The translations under genes were made by a program, and so were the position numbers. A stretch of DNA of 63,977 nt, the filler included, from Intoshia linei (Eukaryota > Animalia > Orthonectida): NCBI GenBank assembly GCA_001642005.1. It is 6 parts of 6 records of this genome, joined end to end, with 100 filler letters (N's around TTAATTAATTAA, not from the genome) between each part and the next. Parts side by side here need not be neighbours in the genome. Positions count along the whole stretch, not along the records: positions 1 to 16,485 come from LWCA01000860.1; 5 more parts are not named here. One strand, written 5' to 3'. The notes beneath the pieces are model-generated. The model saw nothing but the letters and a program-made list of their open reading frames with translations. It ran no database searches and had not been told where the DNA came from. Positions 1 to 10,472 of this stretch are shown piece by piece. Position 1 is the first letter of the stretch, and each line of letters begins with the position of its first letter.

Positions 1-134
1 AACAACATTTTTGCCCCAAAAGCGGGGTGAATTTCACATATATTGCTATGGCATCGATGTAAATACTATAAAATTAACATAATTCTGAAAAAGTGCTCCA
101 AAAACCGAGTATGCCCTAAAGCGGGGTCCGACTG
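1..134. mobile_element. Right end of a pogo/Tc1-mariner-type MITE inside a WARS2 intron
   Basis: Ends ...GCGGGGTCCGACTG|TA and carries AAGTGC(T/C)CC subterminal motifs shared with the complete copy at 52874-53409. Confidence 0.6.
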
Positions 135-226
135 TATGGACAAAGACTTATGGAAATAAAACAGCATTAAAAAATAAATAATTTACTAATTTTAATAATG
201 TTAATTCTTGTTAATAAAAAAATTAC

Positions 227-540
227 ATGAGATTGACGAAACAATGTAATTCTGTTTGGATCGAGACCACAAGCCAACAAGGTTGCAACAGTTTTATTTA
301 TATTCCGTCTAAACATGATCAAAACTAACAAAATTTTATCAACAAATACAACTGTATTTTATATACATACTTTAAAACTTCTGGTTCAGTTTGGGCCGTT
401 AGTGCATGAAGGTCAGCAATAAATAAAAATATTTCATCTTTTGATTTTTGCATATTTAATATTGGTTTTATCACTCCAACATAATTTCCAATATGAACCA
501 CACCACTAGGTTGAATTCCTGTAACTATTCGCCTTAACAT
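227..540 (-). CDS. WARS2: Tryptophanyl-tRNA synthetase, mitochondrial/bacterial type, 5' exons (gene runs off the left edge)
   Basis: Exon 540-371 MLRRIVTGIQPSGVVHIGNY (HIGH-like motif) ...IADLHALT; GT-AG intron 370-309; exon 308-227 ...LLACGLDPNRITLFRQSH. Confidence 0.9.
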
Positions 541-643
541 TGAATTGTATTTTTAACTTTTTAATTATAAAAGTATAATATAACTTTATTTTGTATATAT
601 TTTCCAGTTTTTTTATAATTTTTTTAATTAAAATTATATTAGA

Positions 644-3600
644 ATGCAGTTTGAATGTCTACATTGTGGTGAATCAAATAAAAGTTTATATCGATATTAT
701 GGACAAGATTCAATTAGACTTGAAAATTGTGTAAGTTGATTATTTTGATAATACATATACATTTAAAAAGGGCGTCTACTTAAATCTAACCATTTTTACT
801 AAGAATCAAAATTTACTCATTCTTATATTGAAAAAGACTTTTATTAAAATTGTTTTACTAACCCTAAAAGTTAAAATCCAGTTTTACACCACCTAAAGTG
901 AAAAATACACTTTTATCCTTATTGCCTGGTGGTTAAAAACGTGGCCTATGGGCCGCACGGGCCCGCCAGATCAAATTGTGTAGCCCGCGAAATTTTTTAG
1001 TAACATAGTATGTAAAACAGATAAATAATAAAAAATTTTAATAAGACTTTAATAAATATTTGTGATATGTAAATAAGTTTTTAAGGGAGAATAATGCTTT
1101 TTAAATTAAAATAAGAAAAAAACTATAAGGGTAATAATGATGAAATAATTGTGTAAAATTTTTTTAATGTTGCGTCCAGCAAAATTTGTAAAATGTATTT
1201 TTTGGCCCTCATTCGCCATGTTTTTGAATTACCCTGCTTTATTGAATTGAAAAAGTGTATATTAGGGTGTTTACTTTTGATGTTTTTTTTATTAGAAAAC
1301 CCATTGTAAATATGGATGCCTATTTTGATTTTAAGCATTTATCATCCAAAAAAATCAAATTGGTTAACATTTACCCCCTCAAATGTAATTATTGAAATTT
1401 ATACAAAAATGTTAGGATAAATTAAAACATTGGTCCATGCCAGATGGAGATTGTTTGTGGATTATGGATCGACTAAAAACCTACGTTTAGAATATTTAAA
1501 TTCATTTAAACTATATGACTATATAAAGTATCCTTATCAAATGATTCAATTATGAATTAACCTTTATAATTTATAATTAACCTTTTTAGATAAATTTAAC
1601 AATTTTAATATCGACAAAATTACAGTCTAAACTTTTTGAAAGTCAACATTACGTGGGCGTTTTTCTTGTGGAAATTGTGTTTTTTTATTTTTTATTGATT
1701 CTTACGTTTATTGTGTATATTACTATAGGCCTGGTTCCTCATCCTCGTGTCCACCATTAAATTTTTATTAAGTTTTTATGAAAAAAGAATTTAATTATTA
1801 TATAAAATTGATTGTAATGTAAATATTACATTCTTGTAGATTAAAACTTATTCAAAAACTGAAGGCATCAATTTCTGATACTAAATTTTGGATAAAACAT
1901 GACTCTCATAAACTATATTAGAAAGTGGCCTTATTTAAATTCTAGGACGTTTACGTTTTTTAATTAGACGGTAACACAGACATTCAATTTCATACAAAAT
2001 TAAAGAAACATTTAACTATAACTATAAAAATTACAAAATGTTTCTATCCGTTAAAAAGTGTCATCACCGTTCTATACATCTACATCATTAATGATTAATA
2101 CGACACTAACATTATAAAATATTTTTAAAAAAAATTTAAAACATGGAGGGCCAACAGTGGGTCCGTTAGATAAAAATTGTAGCGACCTATATGCACATTA
2201 AAAAATAATTTTGTTTCCTTTATCCATTATTTAATCTGTATGTTTTATGTTCCTAAACTTTTTTCATAGTTGTTTTTACCTCTTTTGGAGTTGCAAAATT
2301 TCACTCCACCATACCAAAAGTTTTTCTAACATTACTTATTAATTTTGAACTATATGGCCCTAATCCTTTTCACATCCTTGATTTTATGTACTAACATTAC
2401 TTTTAGAAAAAATGTGGGAAACACATTGACAAGTACATAGAATACAGCATTGTATTAATCACTCTCGATATTATTTTACTGGAAGGACAAGCATATGTGC
2501 ATATAATGAAAAATGTTTCAAAGAAGGTATTATGTAATATAGTTTAATTATGTCAGTGGTCGTTAAACTTTTTCAGCTTTACCCTTCGAAAAAATTTTAA
2601 AGTAAAATTATTTTGTGATTTTTTAAAGGTGCAGAATGATATAGTGTCTGGAACAATGGTTTATAATAATTTTTCAAAGTTTCTCGAAAATGAAAAAATT
2701 TATATCTCAGAAATATTTTAATACCTCCATTAGTCAATACTAAAATATTAATAATAATTAAACTTTTACTTTAAACTATCAACTTAAGTTTAAAATAATA
2801 AATTTTTTATTTATATTAAAATAAATCACATTTGAAGTGCAAAATTTGAATTTTAAATATGCTAAATTAAAATTGAATAGACATCAAATTATTTTTAATT
2901 ATTATACTAGCTTGTCTGTTTCAGCAGTTTTTTTAGTTTTATATTTGGGTATTTATATTTTTCAATTTTTTCTTAAAGTGGGTCCACGAACCCCTGGGGA
3001 CGAGTGAAATATTTTTTACTATTTATTTATATATCATGACGATTTTATAATTATGATAAAAATTTTCTCGGTTAATAAAAATTAAAACTTGTAGAATTTT
3101 TCAAAGACAAATTCTTATACAGTTTTTTTCCATTGCGTGTTATCATAAATTTCATTCTAAGAAATTTGCATCTTCACTACCAAGAACTCAAATAATAACT
3201 ATATACAACAAAATTTTATCAACTTTTGTTAATTTTTATAGAATTTTTAATATTTATTGTTGACTTGCGAGATATTGGGAAGTTATTCCACAGCCTAGAC
3301 AATCGCTACATTATTATTTCAAAAATCTCAAATTTATCCCACCATTAATAAAATTTAATAAAAAATACCATTACAAACCCTAAGAGAAAAATCGACTTAT
3401 ACCGATTTTTTAAAAATCCATTTAAAATAAATTTTCAAACCCCATTATAAAAAATCCCCTTTTTTTCCAAAATTTTTTTGAAAAATCCGATTTTACTAAA
3501 TCTTATGAGCAACAACGTTTTAATCCAAAACCCATAATAAAAAATACAATCTTACCAACCCTTATTGCAAAAATTCCCTTTTTCCAATATTTTTTTAAAT

Positions 3601-6600
3601 AACTCGATTTTACCAAATATTATGAGAAAAATGCTTTAATTTTTTCATAACGTTTTATGTTTCATGTTTTATTTGGATTCCAAAAAAGTATATATTCTGA
3701 AATGGTAATCATTACACTATTTGAATCTGGAACCACTGCTCTAGAGTCTTGATTCTAGGCCCCTCATCTGGAATGTCTAGATTTGTATGTATTTCGTATT
3801 AAATGTAGCTAGTTCTGACCAGCGCGTCGGTTTTCATGTACAAATTTGATTTAATTTTACTAGCCATAAGATTAAAGATATAAGATTAATATTACAGATA
3901 ATAAAAATTGAATAAATGGACTGTTACCAACTGAAATGAAATTTAAAATTATAAATCGAAACTAAATTTATTAAGTGAAGAAAATAAAACCTAGTTTTTT
4001 AAATTTAACACTTTCGTTCATAATTAATTACTGTTAATAGTAAATTTGTGTTTTTTAAAATTCTGGGCATATTAGTATATGTATATTATATTTTTATATT
4101 GTATATGCTACCCTATATAACGTTTGAATTAATACTCATTTAAAAACAGCAAATTACAAGCCTTTTATATATGTTGACAATCACTCAAACTATTGGGCAT
4201 TCCATGAAATTTGAATGTATTAACGACACTTGGCCTTATTTTATTTCCTATGACACTTACCCATTTGGATTTAATTTGATTTTAGCTTTAGTAGGTAAAT
4301 TTTTATTTTTATTATTAATCCTTACGAAACTATTCGTTTGGCACGTATACATGGGATTGTCTCGTAAGTGTAAATAATTTATTAAATGTTAAAAATCGAG
4401 ATATTTTTAATGAATTTACTAAAAAAATTAAGATGATTATAATTGTTTGTTTCAAAAAAAAGGTTCAAATTCCTCTTTGATAAATTTTAATTGTTAATTT
4501 AGAACAAATCGGAAGAATAAATGTTTTTTACTTTCACTATTTAGTTATATCAAAAATACTCAAGATAAACAAAATGTAATTGAATATAACTATATCAGCG
4601 TGGGTTAAATTGCGGCCCACAGGCCGCCACATTTCAAAATTACACTTTATTAACCTTTACCCTATTTATTTGAACTTGCTTGATATATATGTATGTAGAT
4701 ATTTTAATAAAAGATATTTCCCAAATCATGTTTAGGAATTATTAAATGGATATTTTGGATAATTTTTTCCGAAAAGCCCTTGTTATTTTCGTTGCAAAAA
4801 TTATCCCGAAACATTTTTTTAAGTTTTGGTTAAAATACGACCTAGATTTGACATATCAATCGAAAATATATTTATTTTAATTTAGAAATTTTTTTCAAAT
4901 GATTTGTGTCTGCACCATATCAAGTTATGGTAATTTTTTCAAATTAATTCCTCTATTATGGAAATCAAATGAATGTCAAATTGCCTATTATTATGAATAT
5001 TCATGCAATATCATTATTTTATGTTCCCGTGTTTGTGCTATAAGAGGTATATCATTTTTAAATGTTGTTACCATTTGGAAAGGTTTTGTTTTACATTTTC
5101 AAATACAACATCCTTACTTATATAATATGCTACACAATATTTGTTTGTGTGTCTGTTCCATTTGATTTGAATAACTACCAGTCTTAGAATTTTATAAAGT
5201 CCACATTTCAATTACAGTTTTTTCCGTGGGTAATAATAAGATAAATTTAAACCTCCCAAACTCAGATCTTACGGGTCAAAAACCCAAAGTGTTGTTTTTT
5301 TAAAATCAAACGAGTTGGAGAATGTGAAAAAATATGTACGCTGATACGGATTTTAAAATCATAAACATTATCATAAATTTAAATTTAAAAGCTGATGCGG
5401 ATTTTAAAATCATAAACATTATCATAAATTTAAATTTAAAAAAATACACTGATGCGGATTTTAAAATCATAAACATTATCATAAATTTAAATTTAAAAAA
5501 ATTATATTTTCAAAGCCACAACTACAAATTACCCTTTTTTTTAATGAAAACAGCTCTAGAATTTAATAAAATTTACAGGTGGTACAGTTGTATCCTGTTA
5601 ACACACACAAAAAATTTCAATAGTACAGTTGTATCCTGTTAACACACATAAAAAATTTCAATCCGAATAAGTGACGACCTTCACGGTAAAAAAAGTATTT
5701 TATTATTCATATATTTTTTTTCTGAAATATTTTATTAAAAAAAAAATATGAAATAATTAACGGTCCGAAAATTTAAAAAAAAGAATTATTCTGATAGAGC
5801 TTATTCCAGTTGATATAAATACAAAAGTTCAACCCGAAAAATCTACGCATTCCCGATGAAAAATAATTTTTAATATATTATCAACCAATATTTTTCAAAT
5901 ATTTCGATCAAAATCAAAAATGTAAATATTGATCCTACAATTTCAAAAAAATTGTGCATTGAACGTCCACACATTTCCAATAAAGAAATATGGGTAAAAA
6001 TCTATATAATTGATTCCTTCGGAATTTTTTTCATTACTACGCAATTTTTAAATTTCAAATTCTCATTTTCAAAATATTTTTTCAAATTTAAAGTAATATA
6101 ATTTTGTTATTATCATTTTTATACAATCTTTTGCAATATGTTTATAAAGTGAAGATTCCGTTAATTATTGATACATACTTGGTATTTTTAATTATTTATT
6201 AAATTGGTACTGAATATAAATCATCACATTGAATGATTGAAATTACAAAATAGGTTTTCATAATTGTATTTTCTCTGGAATTTATGAAAATTTTTATGAT
6301 TGGACTGTTTTTATTTTATTTTTAATATTATACACACACTTTGTCTAATAAATTTAAAAAATGGGATAACAATTGTTTTTCAAATTCTTTACGCAAATGT
6401 TAACAAATAAAATTAAGATGGAATAATTCACTTTAAAGTAAAAAGTAATGTGATATGATGGTTTCACCTGAACAAAATTTGGGAACACTCCTTTAAAGCA
6501 TTGATAATAGCGAATAGTAGCATTTTTAAGCTAGATTTTCAACGTGAATTTATTTTTTTGGTAAAATAAAAATGTGTCCTCGGCAGAGCTAGGTGCTGTT

Positions 6601-6776
6601 TGTACGTAGTACATAACAGTCAACCTAGTGTATTACAATATGTTGAATTATTTTTAGCTTCCACAAAATTAAAAAGACTGCGACATTTACCATTAATTGG
6701 TTTTTGTGAAATTAGTTGTTTTATAATAATGATGCATGTAATAGAATCAGTACGTTTGCAATGTAAAGTATATTAA
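644..6776 (+). CDS. ARV1: ARV1 (ER sterol/GPI homeostasis protein), multi-exon
   Basis: Exon 644-730 MQFECLHCG...IRLENC splices to 2407-2526 KKCGKHIDKYIEY...LDIILL...AY (Arv1 zinc-finger domain). Later exons ~4150-4293, ~4736-4828, ~4885-5046 (ISSYGNFFKLIPLLW) and 6658-6776 ending in TAA; the middle exons are less certain. Confidence 0.85.
2975..3736. mobile_element. hAT-type non-autonomous element with internal ~30-bp periodic repeats
   Basis: Ends ...GGAACCACTG|CTCTAGAG, the complement of the CAGTGGTTCC terminus at 28282; internal sequence shared with 28282-28760; left end uncertain. Confidence 0.5.
5111..6628 (+). mobile_element. Non-autonomous Helitron, apparently full-length, in the last ARV1 intron
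   Basis: 5' A|TCCTTACTTATATAATATG plus a GTGTGTCTG microsatellite; 3' hairpin CTGTTTGTAC-GTA-GTACATAACAG followed by CTAG|T; inserted between A and T with no TSD. Confidence 0.85.
5340..5500 (+). repeat. Three tandem ~50-60 bp units inside the Helitron
   Basis: CTGAT(A/G)CGGATTTTAAAATCATAAACATTATCATAAATTTAAATTTAAAA x3; this produces the spurious ORF 5334-5642. Confidence 0.9.
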
Positions 6777-6803
6777 AAACTGTTTATTATGTTTGTAAAT
6801 AAT

Positions 6804-8007
6804 TTAATTAATTTTATGAAGGTATTTTATTCTAATTTCGTTTTTTGCGTCACCAACAAACATATCTTCAACTATAGCTACTTCTACTTTCAATTGAACC
6901 ATATGTAAGCAGCCTTTGATAGCACCACACAAAATGTTGAGATATTTCAATTGTGAGTACTTTTCGGGTAATTGAACATAATTCATGAGGGAAATGTGTT
7001 CAAAAATTATAGAAAATTCTTTTCCGTCAGCGCTCCATTTAGAAACTGTAGCATTAGCATTTAGGTATAATGGAAATGCTTTCTATTGATATGATTAGTG
7101 AGGTGAATTAAAAATATTTTACAGATCCAATGGAATTGGCCATTTCTGGCATATTTTCGCATTTTCGTGTATTTGTTCTAGAAAAGTAATCATCAGCTAG
7201 TCTTTGCCCCATATCGAAGCCTCTAATTTATAAACATTGAAAGAGTAAAAAAATAATAAAATCTCAGAAACTTGCAAATTGATTCAAAATATATAGTCTA
7301 ACGCAGGGTTTCTTAACCTTTTTTTAATTTAGCACCGCCGTTAACCAGATCAATTATTTCCTGCAACCCTGTAAAAAATAAAAAAATGTAAATAATAAAT
7401 GACTTAAAAATCGTATTTTATAGAATATAATCAATAAATGGTAAAATAAATTATATTCCAATTTGAAAATGTAATTAACTCAGTGTATAACTCATTTCAT
7501 TTTTTCGTCAAAATTTAAAAAATAAAAATAGTTTTTCTAGCATCCTGAAATTAATTATAGCACCATTTAATAAATTCTAATCTAACCTGTCAATAATGAA
7601 CGAGATTTAGTTAAAATTGAAACATACAAAATGGAAAATTTCTTATACAATCACTTTCACGGATTTTTAAATACTGAATGTGATAAAAATATTTATTTTT
7701 AACAGGGGACCCAAGGCATGAAAAAAATTATTACAAAAATTTGTTTTTTTTATTATTATAACTAAGACAATTTTTGAATTTATATTAAATCTAAATAATT
7801 GTTCATTATTTGTCAATATATTGTATTTATGTAAAAATTACAGTTTAAATAATTCATCGTTGACATTTTTCATATCCGGTAAATCTTCAATCATTTGCAC
7901 CACCAAAGAACCATATGTCGCACTGAATAAATCGCTATTCTGCAAAATGAATTATTATATTTTTACAAAAAATGTACTGTACGATTATCGTAAGATTTCC
8001 GACTCAT
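6804..8007 (-). CDS. TRAPPC3: TRAPP complex subunit 3 (Bet3)
   Basis: Four exons: MSRKSYDNRT / NSDLFSATYGSLVVQMIED..VNDELFKL / GFDMGQRLADDYFSRTNTRKC / KAFPLYL..WSADGKEFS..YVQLPEKYSQLKYLNILCGAIKGCLHMVQ, collinear with Bet3. Confidence 0.92.
7304..7579. mobile_element. Degenerate hAT-type MITE in a TRAPPC3 intron
   Basis: Starts CAGGGTTTCTTAACCT; imperfect 8-bp flanks GTCTAACG/ATCTAACC; right TIR decayed. Confidence 0.4.
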
Positions 8008-8727
8008 TTTTGGATTTGCAAACTTTATTTAGAATACAATGAATTTATTTATATAGTTAATTTTGAAATTTGACATTATTGTTTTTTTATTTTTGACTTT
8101 TTGTATATGAGGAGACTGAACGGTTGGTTATTTTTTGAAATGTTTTATTTCTCCGTATTAACACGCGAAATGTATTAAATTTGTTTGGACCCAAGGGTCA
8201 AATGGTGACCAATATGAACTACGTTGAGAATGGTAAATGAAGATACCATGTAAGACTTATAAATAAAATTTACACACCCTAAAACAATTCGGGACAATTA
8301 ATAAAACGAAAAATTGGGTTGGAAAACCTTAAAATTCAAAAGGTAAATTTTTCGAAATGTTTTCAGTGCCACTTCAATTCTTCGCGGACGATGGATCTTA
8401 AATTTTAACAATATACGTAAGACGTTTTAAACATGGTCTAAACCTTGAATTACAATTCCCGCACTGTTGAACCCTCAGTATATAATAGTTTTATTTAGAT
8501 TCTAGAATTTAAATAATTTACATAATGTTAATAATAAACGCTTTGAAAAGTTCAAAATTAAATTATTGGAATAAGTTTACAAGTGTATCATAAATTATTA
8601 TTCATAATATTAACAAATATTTATAAGTATACAGTAATTAACGGTTAGAAACCTAATACAAATTAACGTACACACTTTGTAAAATTTAAACGATTGTAAC
8701 CAAACAATCAATACAGATAATAATAAA

Positions 8728-9322
8728 ATGAGTATAAGCGTGGAAGACATAGACTTGATCAACAGAGACCCTCACAACATAAACGATCATGTCATGGTAT
8801 ATTGTATATAAACGGTAATTATTTATCAGATAGTCTATGAAGACGTCTTTGCGGAGCCAGAAGGAATCAAATCACCAGAATGGATTTGGAAGGCTTCTTA
8901 TGTATGCTTTCGATGTGGGAAAAATTCCAGTTACAAGGTAAACGATTATGAATTATTATTAATATAATTAACAGGTTTTATCATTTTTCTGTTCCTGCAT
9001 ATTGGGCTTAGTATGGGGTTGTCAACTAGGGTGTTTGACTTTTTGCAATATTTGGCATATCACACCGTGTATCAGATTATTCGCCATTAATTGTGGGTGC
9101 CTGCAAAAATTCTGGGGAACTTGGATAAATTGTTGTCTTTCACCAATATGTGAATCTTGCGGATTATGTTTTAGCAAAATAAACGTAGACAACATGTACA
9201 GACGGTACTCTACGGATATTTATCAAAATTTATCAACCACCAAAGCTCCTACTCCAACTCCCCCAATGAAAAACAAAATTGAACCATACAGACCACCAAC
9301 AAATACTGATGAAAGTCAATAA
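8728..9322 (+). CDS. Caveolin
   Basis: Exons 8728-8796, 8830-8937, 8975-9322 (introns 33 and 37 nt): DLINRDPHNINDHV, signature YEDVFAEPEG, scaffolding region WIWKASYVCF, hydrophobic hairpin, IWHITPC. Confidence 0.93.
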
Positions 9323-9690
9323 TTTAATTAAATATTTACAAATATATTTTGGCTATTTCAGTAAATTTCCAAAAAGGGTTTTTAGTTTTTCACAGATAAT
9401 TTTTGTTTTTTTTTCTCTATCTTCAACAGATATGTTATTTTTCGCAATATTTAGTATCAAATCTAAATTTCAATGTAATTTTACAAGTGGTAAAATAAGT
9501 AAGTAGAATTGATAAAGTGTCGTGTGAAAGATGTAGAATCTACATTGTAGATATTAATGCTGGCCATCGATAAAAATGTTTCGATTAATTTTTTTAAATT
9601 AACGTTTTCTATCAATTAATTTTGAGAAAAATTGAATTTACCAACCCATTAGAGAAAAATTATTTCAAAGCAGAGCATAATATATTGTTA

Positions 9691-10264
9691 CTAGCTTGAC
9701 AATTATATACTTCGTACAAACAGCACCTAGCTCTGTTGAGGGCGGACATTTTTAATTTTACTAAAAAAATACATTCAATAATAAAATCTTACTTAAAAAT
9801 GCTACTATTCACTATTATCAATTATTTAAAAGAGTGGTTCCCAAATTTTTTCACCATGGACCGGTTAATGTACATTATTTTTTAATTTAAAGTGAATTAA
9901 TCCGATTTTATTTTAACAACAATTTTGTGATCCCATGTGTTTAATTTGTTAGACAGAATGAGTTTATAATCCTAAAAATAAAGTAAAACATTCCAATCTT
10001 AAAAATTGCCATAAGTAACTTAAATTCCAGAAAAAATAAAATTGTAAATACCGCTATTTTCTTTTTTAATGTGATTTTGTAAAATATTACATAAACATAA
10101 AAAAAATATTCATAATACATGTAAGTATCTGAGATTGAAATTTATTTTAATTTCTTCCCGGAAAAATCTGACTTGGAATTTTTGTTTGTTAAAATTGTAA
10201 GACTTTTAGTTATTGAAAAAAACGTTAACACACAGACAGAAATGTAATTTTACACAAGTAAAGA
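9691..10264 (-). mobile_element. Internally deleted copy of the Helitron family
   Basis: Reverse strand begins A|TCTTTACTT..TCTGTCTGTGTG and ends GAGCTAGGTGCTGTTTGTACGAAGTA..GCTAG|T. Confidence 0.8.
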
Positions 10265-10472
10265 TGTATGATACCAGAAATCAGTATGTAGTCTAGTAAC
10301 TAGAGACATTTAAAATATTATTTTTTTAGAATTCACGTTATTTTGACGATTTTTAGAGTTTGTAACTAATTTGTAATTATATTGTTTTTTTATATTTTCT
10401 CAGTTTGTTAAAAATTAAAAAAGTTTGTCCAAAACTAATCCAAGCCTAGTTATCATAAAATATAATAAAAGA

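Noticed and set aside
325-540. Bacterial-like TrpRS as horizontal transfer or contamination
   Set aside because: It has spliceosomal introns and is the expected nuclear-encoded mitochondrial enzyme
5334-5642. ORF with triple repeat DADFKIINIIINLNLK
   Set aside because: Translation of a tandem duplication inside a Helitron
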